In this document: positions 52,690 to 64,000 of the stretch, one piece after another
Layout of the letters: each line of letters begins with the position of its first letter
Position numbering within the stretch: position 1 is the stretch's first letter
NCBI GenBank assembly: GCA_040285855.1
Contig: JAUFOQ010000010.1
Location: forward strand, 1,674,001 to 1,738,000
Direction: 5' to 3'
Origin: Eukaryota sp. GEM-RC1
Lineage: Eukaryota
DNA: 64,000 nt
The notes under the pieces: model-generated
The model's input: only the letters and a program-made list of their open reading frames with translations
What the model was told of the DNA's origin: nothing
Database searches by the model: none
Translations under genes and position numbers: made by a program

Positions 52690-54370
52690 AGCAGGTAGGT
52701 GTGAACGAATTTCAATAAATTTGGGGCAATTAAATACATGTCTAAAAGTTGCAATGCGACGATGACTACAAACACATTCAGAATTGTCCAGCAATCCTGC
52801 AGGTAACAAACCTAAACCCAATCGCATATTTAACTTCCAGGCCTCATCAGAGAAATGCAAACCAAAAGGACGTGGTTGTTGAGTGATCAAACAAGTTGAA
52901 TTCTTAATATCATTTAAGATAGCAGCAAAAACGGGACTACTAGTTTTAGTAACACTAAAACGATTTTCAAATTACAGGTTTTCAACTGCCTTCAAAAGCT
53001 TATTTTGAAGTTTGTCCACACATAAAGGGAGAGACAATGGAGATTTTCCAGGAAATACTTGGTAAATGAGAAGGAAAACAGTTGTTCCAAATATCCAACT
53101 CCAAATTGCCAATAGCTGCGACTAACGAACTTAGCCAAGGAGTAGAATGAATGAGATTTTTACTACACAAAAATCCGTATCTGGATATAAATTCAAATAT
53201 AAAATTCTTCATTCCACCTGTAAACGCAATTTTAGTTAAGTCTGAACCTCGTGAAAAGCCCACAGTATCAACATTAGATCATGTAAAAGCGTGATAAGGT
53301 AATTTCGAGTCATTAACCTCTACAAGATCACTTAAGAACTTAGTTCTCAAAGAATTACATTTTCTTAGAGATGGGAGCCGGCTCAATTTAGCCGGCTTAG
53401 CCGGCTAGCCGAGCCAGCCGACTGGTCCAGAATAGAAATATTTCCAGCTGCAAGCCGGCTGGCTGAAAAGATATTGAGCCGGCTCAAGCCGAATATTTTA
53501 GCTGAAAACGCAGCTAATAAAGAACGAATAATGAATTTAGAAATCGAAAATAATCATTTACAGCGCACATCAGAACATTGTAGGGCTACTAATGTTTATC
53601 AACGTTCGAGCAAAAATAGAATTGGTGAATATAGTTGATATGTGCCGAATAATGGCCCTACTGTGTTTCTCCGGGGCACTTACAATACATTTAATGCCTT
53701 AGGTACATTGTCGCAATGGATGTTTCTGACACTTTATATGTCTTTTACATCTTGTATTTCCATTTAAAACGGTTGTACCTGTGTTCTGACACAGTAAAAA
53801 ACCTGGATTCTGTCAGAGATTTTTTGCCAACAACTTTGTTTCTTTTGTACCAATTAAGCTCCTTCTCAAAAGTACTACATGTACTGTACTGTTTTCTCAT
53901 ATTAGGTAGACAGACAATTCCATAGTGGTGTTACGATTGTTTCACAGATTCAAGTAATTACTAACTATTCAACGTCAAGTTTATAAGTGATAATCTCAAA
54001 AATATGTCACATGTAAAATCTGTGAAAACTGGAATGTACTGATCAAAGGTGTAAGTATTGTGTCGTTCTGAAACTCGGTGTAGTTGTCTTTAACAATGGT
54101 TTTGTATCATTTTACTGGTATATCAACCGACAAGGCAATAAAACTTTTAAGCAGTCAGTCTAAATACACGAAACAAAACTGCATGAGGCTGAGCCGGCTT
54201 GAGCCGGCTTGAGCTGGCTAATATGTGCTGTAAGCCGCAGCCGGCTGGCTAATGCCTGCGTCTGAGCCGTGATCAAATTTTGAGCCGGCTCCCATCTATA
54301 CATTTTCTGGCTGAATCAATAGCAAGTTCTGGATCGATTGACCGCAAACCGTGATTGATTTTGGACGCGC
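52690..54370 (-). mobile_element. CRE-like retrotransposon fragment interrupted by a MITE
   Basis: WKLNMRLGLG..CVCS..HVFNC and LTKIAFTGG. Removing 53366-54308 restores colinearity with 47395-47480. Confidence 0.8.
53366..54300. mobile_element. hAT-type MITE with AGCCGG repeats
   Basis: TIRs TAGAGATGGGAGCCGGCTCAA / TTGAGCCGGCTCCCATCTATA (20/21). Perfect TSD CATTTTCT at 53358-53365 and 54301-54308. Confidence 0.92.
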
Positions 54371-55484
54371 AAAACACGTCGTCAAAAAAAAAAGAAATGT
54401 GCTTACCAATCTGTGTATGTTTTATGACAATTTTTGAAATAACAGTAAAAAAACGGGGATTATGATCAATACAGTGAATTGCAGGAATTGATTTTGTAAA
54501 AATAATAATTAAGAGACAATACATTACTGGTAACTAATGTATCTATATTAGGATTAGTCAAGTAAACAGATGTATTTTGCGTCCACAACAATACCAAAAC
54601 CATTAGAACTCCGATCGGATTATCTGATCCGAAGTTAATCCGATTCTAAGGTCTATTAAATACCCCATCACTCTTAAGAACTGCTCAACACAGTATCTGA
54701 CGTCATTATGATTTTTTGTAAGTTTGTCTGGAAACACGTCTGGGAAACCCGTTTATCCTAATATGCTCCTGAATATATCTAATTGATTTTGTGAACGACA
54801 TCTTATCTTTGTAAGTAGTGCTTCGTCACGTTGTTTGATTCGATTACTATAACTTCTTGAGTTGTGAATCCACTGAATATAATTTATTATCTGTGATGTA
54901 ATTGAAACATAAGTATATGCGTTCAAGTCAAGCTGCTTATGACGAGGACACAACACAGCAGCCTGATTCAGAAACCCCAAGTCAATGTTGTTCTCGAATT
55001 TCTTTAATCTCCTTACGTTGCTTTACTTTATAGGAAAAGAATGAAGATCTCTAACTTTATACGAGAGAAGTATCTTCATATTCTAATGTTCACTAACCCT
55101 GTTAATAACTCTGTGTATATATTTTCCAAATTCGCTAAAGAAAATAAATCTTCTTCTGTTTCAAATAATGATTTGCAACAAAATAATAGATATTTTGAAC
55201 TTCAAAATTATTGTCAATCATGTTACGACTACTTGGATGAGCAACAGACATGTTTGGATGTTTTTCTTTAAAAGCGCGAAACTTGTTGGTCATTGGAAAT
55301 GTAACACTGTGTACAAAAAATGTAAAACATCAGAATTCAACATGATCACTACTACAGGTACTGTAGTCAAATTTCACATAATATAGATGAAACAATTTAT
55401 CACTGAAGAAGTTGTATATTTTTTGTTTGAAATTCATATAATCCGTGAAAGTGCCTTACAGCCAGATACCACCAACTATGATAT

Positions 55485-56796
55485 TTACTTATGATGAATA
55501 TGAAGCAACTCTTTTGCCAATGCACTCCCTGGTTTACCTAAGAATTCATCATACAACATCTTAATCTCAGGGTTTTCTTCAGAAGTACGGTATTCACTGC
55601 TTGTCTCCAACTCTCTTACTACAGACACTCTTTCTTCAAACTTTGATGTTTTATCTTTACATGGCGGAGATCCAGTTCCCATTAAGCATCCCCCAATACA
55701 ATTCATAACTCTACAATTAGCATTTAAATATAACATATTCAATGAACACGTAGGGTACGTCATCAATCTTGGCTAAAAGTTTCTTCACTCCACTGATCCC
55801 ACTTACTACTGCCACGTGGCACTTCTTATGTTCAGAGCCATCTTCACTAGTCAATGGTAATTCTATTTGAGCTTCTTTAACATGAGGAAATTCTTCACAA
55901 TCTTTGAATTCTGGTTGTGGCAATTCCGTCCCACCAAGCATGTGCATCACAGTCCTCAAAGAAGCCATCATTACTCCACCAGTTCGTGAAAAGATTGTTC
56001 CAGATCCTGAACTTACTCCAAGGTACTGATCGTATGACGAATACTCCGCATCAGAGTTTTGAATAAGTTGTTCCAACATTTGAAGAGGTGATGGTGAAAC
56101 TGAAGTTAACCAAGAACCTAACTCTCTTATAGTCAACACAGCATCAACTGGTGGAAACTCTCCCACTTTTAGTTCAGGGCGTTGGATTTCGGCTTTCTTT
56201 GCTACTACGGTTGGAATAGTCTTGGTAACATACAACAAGGCATAATTGATACAACTCGTATTTTACTGACGTCCAGCTTCTTTTGACCAGCCCACCATGT
56301 CTTAATCAGTGTTCCCATCATGATATGAGGGCTTTTCGTTGTAGATACATTTGGGACAACATTTGGAAAGTTCTTTTCTACACTTGAATAAGAGAAAAGA
56401 GACATACTAGTTCATCCAAGCTGGACAACAAGAAGTAAACATTGGAAGTGGACCTGTTTGATTGACTAAGCGATCCAGAAACTCGGCAGCTTCTTCAACA
56501 ACGGTCAGATCAGCCCCAAACTGTGTGTCTAGAACGTATTGAAACCCTAAGAAGCGAAGACCAGCAACAAGATGACGTGTGTAATCATCAGGAGCACCTC
56601 CAAGAACTTCTCCAAGGTGAACTCGTACCGAAGGAGCTGTTTGGGCGATCAGAATCAGGTCACTTCCAATCCAATTTAAGACACGTGAAACGTCATCAGA
56701 CTTCTTGAGAAGTTTGTCGTCAGTGGAGGAACATATGGATCTACTTGGACACAATTGGCAAAGGCTGTCGGTGGTAGTTGGAGATGACGTGCTCAT
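55485..56796 (-). CDS. hydA: Monomeric [FeFe]-hydrogenase, 4 exons (56796-56408, 56382-56234, 56204-55739, 55710-55485), 409 aa
   Basis: Splicing gives APSVRV, DTQFGADLTVVEEA, TSCCPAWMNYVEK (L1), MPCLAKKAE (L2), TGGVM, EVMNCIGGCLMG (L3) and a fused small-subunit-like tail NPEIKMLYDEFLGKP..LLH. Confidence 0.9.
55711..55738 (-). other. 28-nt intron with non-canonical AT-AG ends
   Basis: ATATGTTATATTTAAATGCTAATTGTAG, with a CTAAT branch-like motif. Removal gives F-I-E-V-M-N-C-I-G-G-C. Confidence 0.8.
56205..56233 (-). other. 29-nt spliceosomal intron (GT-AG)
   Basis: GTATGTTACCAAGACTATTCCAACCGTAG. Removal gives M-P-C-L-A-K-K-A-E. Confidence 0.92.
56383..56407 (-). other. 25-nt spliceosomal intron (GT-AG)
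   Basis: GTATGTCTCTTTTCTCTTATTCAAG. Removal gives W-M-N-Y-V-E-K. Confidence 0.92.
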
Positions 56797-57899
56797 AAAG
56801 GGTTCGCAAATGTAGCTGTAGACTTTTGATGATTCACAGCAAATTGAAGTGTTTCTATTTAAGTGACGCTGAAAACTGTTGGATGACTTGATTTGGGAAA
56901 ATAACAAGATCACATCAGTTCATCAAGGATATAATCAGGTCGTAGAGAAAGGAAGTCATCACATGTACTATTACAAAACTCTGTTTCTATGTAATACATC
57001 AGATATTTGTGCTAAGATTAACACACAACAAGGAATTATTAAAAAAAAATTAACGTTGTTACTTAATTTCTTGTTCTGTTTTCTCATTTTGGCGAACTAA
57101 CTGATATTTTGAAAAGACTGCATAAAATAGAAATATCAAGTGAAATGACAAAATACATCGTAGAAGGTTAGGAATGAATGGTGTAGAAGCTGAAGTGTAA
57201 CCCACGTACATTATATATTTAAAATATTGTTTGCTAAATTACGTAGATCCCACGATTATTAAATAAGAAGTACTTGTTCTAAATTCCTGCACTCGATTTA
57301 AACCCACTCAAATTTCTCTCCAGACCACAAAATCTTCATACATATTATTTGTCAGTCTTTCGAATCATCTGACATCAATAAATTTCGTTTTTCTACATCT
57401 TCTTGACTAGACAGTGTTTCATCCCATCAACGTCTGAATAAGTCTATTCCATTGACATAATATGACGTTATAGTGAAAATTGTCACCGAATGCTGTGTGG
57501 TGAATCCCTGATTGATTCAACTTACATTTCTGCTTAGGGAATTTATTTAGATTAGTAAATATAGAAAAAAGCATTTCACAAAAATACAATTGACAATACG
57601 TTCATTTTAAATATACCAGTGGAAGAAAAAAATTCCGAATATACTTCTTTATTACGACGTGTGCTGCTATATCTAAGTTAATGAACTAAAACTCATACAA
57701 TTCACCTACGGTGTTGTTTCTTCGTATGTGCTCCGACTCCATGTTTTATATCCGGAGGATTTAAAGGAGTATCATAGGTTGTCCAAACACTTCTATGACG
57801 TGGAAAAACTACCCAGCTCTCATACATTTTGCTCTGAGTCCTCCTCGTAAAACATTCATCTACTTTCTCCAAGGACTTTGAATTAATCGACATTAAAGA

Positions 57900-58440
57900 C
57901 ATATACTGATACACACATGACTACAGGGAATGACATCTATTTGCCATCTTCCGCAGTCACAATGTTGATTATCCAAATTGACAATATAGATCCGTTGTGT
58001 TTCATCGGTTACTTCACTAAATCTCACAGGGTTATTACCATAAATGAGTTGATGAAAATGAATTCTGAGTGGTATGACTTAGATACTGAACCATGAGAGA
58101 AAAGGGATCAAATGTACACTCTCGACTTCCATGTTTACTTTCTGTAAACGTTGGCGTGTTGGTAACTTTTTTTGTGATGCTGCTGTATGCCAAATGAATA
58201 AACCAAAGAGCTCAGGTTGAAAATGGTATGTAACAGGGTACAAATCTAAGCTGACAGGGACTAATAGTTCGAAAGATTTCAACAAGTTTAGCAAACAAAC
58301 TGTCTTTGTGAGCATGCTGAGACTTTAATTGCAACATTGGATCCATCCACTGTTATTTGAAAGAACTACAAACAAGAGTAAAACGCTCTAAGTTTCCTAA
58401 AAATCGCCATTAACAAAAACTCGTTGGTACAAGGAACACA
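57900..58440 (+). mobile_element. hAT-like transposase relic
   Basis: FCDAAVCQM (SDNAxNM-like) at ~58170 and SPLTKTRWY (TRW motif) at ~58405-58430. Heavily disrupted. Confidence 0.45.
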
Positions 58441-58819
58441 TTGCCTTACTGTCTAAACAAAAGCTGAGAACAATCTCTGTTGTCGATTTGAAAGTAAAAA
58501 ACTCTGACTGGACAGCTTACAAACACGACAGTTGACAAGACTGGTCTGATATGTATTCAGAAGTTGACAAGATTTCGGCTGTTGACATACCATATGATTT
58601 TGATATTTGACGATTTCTATCTGATGAATCAATCACCAATTGTTCAGTTAAAAAAGAACATCAATTAGTTGATAGACTGTGAGCTTGTTAGCCAACAAGA
58701 CACAGTAATCACATCATGTTAAATAGAACCGCCGTAGATCTAGAGGTTCCCATGCTTTGACGGATCCATGGGAAGTGTTGTAAAATGTAATAATGTCAGG
58801 CATTCAACATATTCGAAAT

Positions 58820-61690
58820 TCAATATAATGGTGAAAATTAGCTTTCATCATAAAGTAGAAATACATTCAATGGAAAGTTCTCCCTAAATTCTGTTTTAGG
58901 AGATGTTACAATGTTGAAGCTAACAAAAGACAAGTCGGTAAAACATCGAATTACTATCGCAATAACTACTATCACAATAACTACTAATAGAAGAGACTGT
59001 AAGTGAAGAAAGTATGAAAGAACACCTACTGAGAGGAAAGAGACAGAGAAGAAAGATACATTATTAATAGTGACTATGAAAGAATCAGTAAAGTAGACTT
59101 GCATTGCCAAAGTTCCCTTGAAAATGAAGAATGGATGAGACGTAGTAGGAGACACGAGGATGTATGAGGAGTGGAGAAGATCATGAGTCAGCACCGAGAG
59201 AATTATTGATTGAACAGGGGAGTAGAAGGTAACGCCATCCTTTGTTAGTTTATATATAGTTTTAATAGAGATACCATTTAGAAACCTTTAGAGTCAGTTA
59301 GGATATTCATATTCCACATCAACGTTTGTAACTTGCACTTAGAATAGGATCGTAGCTGAGAGTTGTGGTCTCCTTTTGTCCGATAATATTTGAAGTTTTA
59401 CCTGTAAAAGAGGGTATTAGAAACAGTACTGTAGTTGTTTCAAGAAGAAACTAGGAGAGAGACGGATTCTCTGAATCAACTACTAGTACCTCTTCTAGAA
59501 CTTCTGGCACCACATTATGTCCAAAGTCCTCCTTCTAAACTCCCTTGATTATCCAACTACTTATGGCTTCACTTAGTTACCACTACTGGATCAACTGTAT
59601 ACTCTCTCTAGGCGGAGAGAATATCAAACACAGCTCCGCTGTTTACCAGCGGTTGTGTAATGAGGTTGTGATGCTTTTATCATGCCGCTCGTCGAACTAT
59701 ACTTACCTATGAGCATTGTATCGATCGCCCTCCCCCCTCCCCCCTCAAGGAGATGCAAATCACGTCATCCTTTTCCTCCAACTAGATCCTTGAAAGAGAA
59801 GGGAATGAATGACTTTATACACCGTACTGATGTTCAAAACAGAAGCCAATTCGATCCCTCTTCCTCAAACGTTGAAGCTGAATCTCACTTCACTTCTCCT
59901 ACACAATCTCTCAGAAACACTAAGGAATACTAACACTCCCCAAAAGATCAGAAGTTTTCTGAATCCTACCAACCTTTCATCTCTCTAGTTCTTCACTCCA
60001 ACAATCTATTTCTTCCCTCTTCCAATACTAGATCTATTCTACTTCTCAGTACTTACTATTGGATTCTACTCACTAGTGCTGAAACTAGTTACTGACCAGC
60101 CAGCACGCTAAGTGACACGTCATCAATCGTAGGTGACACGTCATCGATCTTTGCTAGTACTTGTGGAAGTAAGACTTTTACTTTCTTTGGTTCTCCTACC
60201 TATACTTCCTTGAGAGTATATTCATTTTCACCATTTCTCACTTCAATGTCTTTTCCTTCTGTCTTTCATTATCAACGACCATCAAGTACTTCTCTAGGGT
60301 CAAAAGATGACGTGCTTTATGACTTTTTACAAACGTCAACATCTAAATGTGATAACAAATCTTCTCTATTAATCTGGTTGTTTTCAGTGCCAGTAATAAC
60401 CCCATGGTCACGTCATCATTGAATCAGTTGATTAAGTTCTCAGACTTACGTGTAGATCTAGCATTACAAGGACAACAACACGCGTGTTTCTCATGGATAT
60501 TCGTTAAGACGATTTCAATGAAAGATGAACTTAGATTTGTTATCTCGTTTGGATTTAATCAAAAGATTGATTTTTGACGCGTTTTTTTAAAATGTTTTGA
60601 TTATTATAATATGTGTAGTTCTATTCAGTGGAGGAAGGAATTTTCACTACTCAGAATTTCATCATATTCAAAAATTGAATTTTCAAAATTGTAGTCATTT
60701 TTTTTTAGCTATTCTTGGTGTACAAAATTACAATAACCAAGGTAATTGATTTGATCACTTGGTACCCAAGTAAAACAATTAATGGACATAGAAGACAGCT
60801 AGACAGTACTTACATTCAACTTTGGGATCATAGTGTATATCTTGTATAGCTGAAGAACAACAACAAATCTATCATCAACAACCAATACATTTCCTGGTTT
60901 GAGATCTCCATGGACAATTGACTTACTATGGGGATAGCTTACACCTTGGCAGAGCTCCTTGGCATATTCAACAGTGAGAAAAGAGAAGGAGTATCAGAAG
61001 GAACAGTTTTCTAAATGAATTTATTTAATTCAATTACTGAAACAGTTTCTCAAGTAAGTCAAAAATCATTCTAATAATTGAAAGGAATAGTCTTTAAATC
61101 GTGATCAATAGTAAAACTTGCAACTATGAGGCATTGACAGGCAATCACGAAATACATGATCCTTGTCTCTCTGCTGTTCGTGATTTTCCAGAAACTGCAA
61201 TCATAATCTTTCTGACAGCATGTCTTAGAGCTCGAAAAGGATTGTGCTGATGTCAGCAAAAATAAGCAATCCATAAGGGTCTCAATGATATAGCCAACCC
61301 AAGGCTGGTGTGGGCTAGCTACAGTCATGTAAAGGTCACGAGATGAGTGTTTAGGTGATCTTCCAAGGATATCAATCATTTTGTTTACTTGGAAGTAGTG
61401 GACGAGATAGTAGAAGTCATAAGCATTGCTCTCGTTGAGGGTGAATGACTTTCCGAAGAAGGGCTTGAGGAAAGCGAAGAAGTTGTTGGAATCAACAGGG
61501 AGATGTGAGAAGTCGATGGGGTTCTCGAGTTTATCCCCAAACTCTAAGAACTAGAGGTATCGGAAGTACGTAGAATGAGCAGCAAGGACATATTTATTGA
61601 CTTCAATGGATTCTTCAGTAAATGTAATGGTTTGGTTACAAAGGGAGGGTTCATCGAGAATGATGGAAAGAGTAGAATTAAGGCAAAAAG
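58820..61690. repeat. Composite gene-fragment repeat, copy 2
   Basis: Colinear with 26350-29235, including the kinase and BTB fragments. Confidence 0.85.
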
Positions 61691-62492
61691 TTAACAAAAG
61701 AGTAGACAAAACTGTATTGTCAGAACTAACAGAATTTGGAAACTTTGATGACGAATACTTATAAAGAAAGAATTTAGTTCCAGAAGGAACATAGATACTA
61801 ACACAATAATCATCATGAGTCACTATCAATTTCTTTGCCTCTATTTCATTTTTGAAGACAAAAGAGGTTGAAGACCTTTTCCAGTGAAAGGATATCTTCT
61901 CTAGGGAGCTATCCCTCCATAGAAGAGTTCTTGGACGAATCTTTTGGGTTCTTGGCTGGGATTTTAAATGCTGACTTCCATCGCCTAAAGGCCGACTTTC
62001 ATCAACTACGGGCTGCTTTCGTACCTTAGCTTTGGCTTTTGAAGGCTTGGGCTTGGGGCGCTCGACAGCGGTTGCAATCACACATACCTCTTCCTTAATG
62101 GACAAGGCCAATGTGAATTTTGGTTCGGGTTCAACGTACTTGTGCGGTGCCTTAGAGTTTGCAGGCTTTGCACTAGCGGGGGTCGGGACCTTACCATTTT
62201 TGAGATTAGAGGACTTTTTGCTTTTGCGCGGTGCCGTTGATTTCTTAGGCGTTGCACTTGGCTCTTCGTCGATTGTTTGGTTGCATTCTTTCTCCGTCTG
62301 GACAGCGGTCGTAGAGGAAGGCAAAATGACTTGTGATTCATCCACTCTTTCTGGCGTAACTACCCCACTTGGGGTTGAAAGAATATTAGGCAGAGGCAAG
62401 CTGTTAGGCAGGGGTTCTTCATTGCGGACGATTGAAGGCGTTGAGCTGGAGGGCACAACAGACAAGGACTCAGTATCAGATACAGAAGACAT
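61551..62492 (-). CDS. Unknown Pro/Lys/Ser-rich ORF that runs in frame into the BTB fragment
   Basis: Open frame from ATG 62492, GC-richer than its flanks, ending at the BTB-internal TAG. No recognised domain. Confidence 0.4.
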   Translation of the reverse strand: MSSVSDTESLSVVPSSSTPSIVRNEEPLPNSLPLPNILSTPSGVVTPERVDESQVILPSSTTAVQTEKECNQTIDEEPSATPKKSTAPRKSKKSSNLKNGKVPTPASAKPANSKAPHKYVEPEPKFTLALSIKEEVCVIATAVERPKPKPSKAKAKVRKQPVVDESRPLGDGSQHLKSQPRTQKIRPRTLLWRDSSLEKISFHWKRSSTSFVFKNEIEAKKLIVTHDDYCVSIYVPSGTKFFLYKYSSSKFPNSVSSDNTVLSTLLLTFCLNSTLSIILDEPSLCNQTITFTEESIEVNKYVLAAHSTYFRYL

Positions 62493-62519
62493 TGTCAAAA
62501 CAATTACAACTTTAATCAA

Positions 62520-63420
62520 TTTAATAAATAGTATTCATTTGTAGGGGGCTATTCACTTTTTTATGAAAAATTAATTATTTTTAAATCTATATATAATTTT
62601 ATAGTAACATATGTTTGTATTTCATAAATAGATATTGCAAGTAACAAAACAGCAATAGATAATATATTGAGTTTATCTTTTTTAAAAACAAAAACAGATT
62701 CATTTGTATCTCGTATTAAGAATTCATTCATTATTAAAATAATTAACAATGCTCCAGTAACTATCATATTATAAATCATAGAAGAAGAATTAACATAAAT
62801 TAGATATGACATGTTAATTATAAATACCATTGTATTAGCATGATGGAATTTTATTTTTTTAGTTAGTGTAGATAATATAAAGAATATGAATGCGATGATT
62901 ATATATGAAATAATATTATTAATTATCATAGTTTTATAGACTAAGTTTTTAATTATAGAATACAAAACTAATAATGAAGTCTGCATTGTGGTATATATAA
63001 TAAATATTCTACGTTCTCATATATATTTAGATTGTAATCTAAATTGTTTTAATGAGAATGAATAGAAAATAATAGTTGTAGAATAGAGAATAGATAGATC
63101 AAATACTAACATTGATATCCATATAGATGTTCCTATTACAATTGACATCACACCTAATACTGGATGCGGATTTATATTATCTAATGAATCTAAATCTATT
63201 TTCATCGTATATTCATGAAAACTATAAATTTTTTTCCCGGTATTAATAAAGGAATTAAAAGTAAATTAAAATATTTAATATCCAATATTTTGGATAGTCC
63301 AATTACCATTACTAAAAGATATAATCTCATTATTTAAAAAAAATATATCAACATATTTAACAAAATTGTATATATTTACACAATCTTATTTATGTAAATT
63401 TATTTTTTATTATTTATAGT
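62520..63420 (-). other. Very AT-rich island with a hydrophobic multi-TM-like reading frame
   Basis: Sampled lines have 9-12 G+C per 60 nt. ORFs 63017-63205 and 62561-62986 are in the same frame, separated by one TGA. Confidence 0.6.
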
Positions 63421-64000
63421 TGGTACGAATTCTCTCACCAATATCATTTAAGATATCGAAAAGGATTCCAAGTCAAACATATCTACCAGGACAGGTAGTA
63501 TTGGGGATAAAAAGATTGAACTTTTAGTTGAGTTTCAAACTCAGTTTGAAAATCTTCAAACACTTTGTGTACGTGATTCTTGTTATTCCATGTTTAAAGC
63601 ACATGGTTTTCACTCTAAAGTTGAACCAGTTTTGAATCATCTTTCAAAAAATGAATTTACTGATCAATAAAGAGGGGATCTACATACTCCGTGGCTTAAA
63701 TCGAGTCAATCATTAATGGATTTTACTACAGTAGATGTATGTAACAAATCTTGTGTTAGTAGGATATTAGATTCTTCTTTTAATCCATTGACAGCAGCTG
63801 AAAAGCTCAAACACACCAAGTATGACTCTCAAGTAGAAGAATTAAATAGAAACTCATAATCCAAATTTGTGTTTCAACCTTTTGATGTTTCTCTTTTTGG
63901 ATCTATTAGTCCTGTTGGTGATCAATTTTTCAAGGATTTCGAAGAATTGTGTAAAGAAAAGAAGCGTAAGTTTAGAATGGCTGAATGGAAAAACCGTATA
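63420..64000 (+). mobile_element. CRE-like retrotransposon fragment, runs off the window
   Basis: VRDSCYSMFKAHGFHSKVEP..RGDLH..MDFTTVD..FQPFDVSLFGSI..WKNRI. Confidence 0.8.

Noticed and set aside
56205..56407. Hydrogenase as a frameshifted pseudogene
   Set aside because: All three breaks are resolved by short introns with NTATGT donors and AG acceptors that restore conserved motifs exactly.
56797..56913. N-terminal extension of the hydrogenase in the ORF track
   Set aside because: It starts at a non-ATG codon. The first ATG is 56796 and the extension has no Fe-S or presequence features.

Overview
AT-rich eukaryotic nuclear DNA in the standard genetic code, most likely from an anaerobic protist. 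It has an [FeFe]-hydrogenase, a Brr6/Brl1 closed-mitosis protein and 25-29 nt introns starting NTATGT, which fits a metamonad; this is inference, not a database result. The window is mostly accessory sequence. (1) An expanded family of RNI/NLRC3-like 28-aa LRR genes shares an unnamed ~150-aa domain preceded by interchangeable N-termini (Ser/Pro leader, RING-like, eIF4B/4H-like RRM); a separate RING-B-box-LRR gene is also present. (2) There are two BTB-BTB-SEL1 paralogs. (3) There are many 5'-truncated CRE/SLACS-like non-LTR retrotransposon copies. (4) Several hAT-type non-autonomous elements have 8-bp TSDs, and MULE, hAT and Tc1 relics are present. (5) A ~2.9 kb mosaic of gene fragments occurs twice. 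(6) A ~0.9 kb very AT-rich island encodes a membrane-protein-like frame. The most directly supported unusual feature is a hydrogenase split by three tiny introns that sit in or next to the H-cluster motifs, one with non-canonical AT-AG ends. Many multicopy genes are frameshifted at homopolymers, so some pseudogene calls may be assembly errors. Relic boundaries were read by eye and are approximate.
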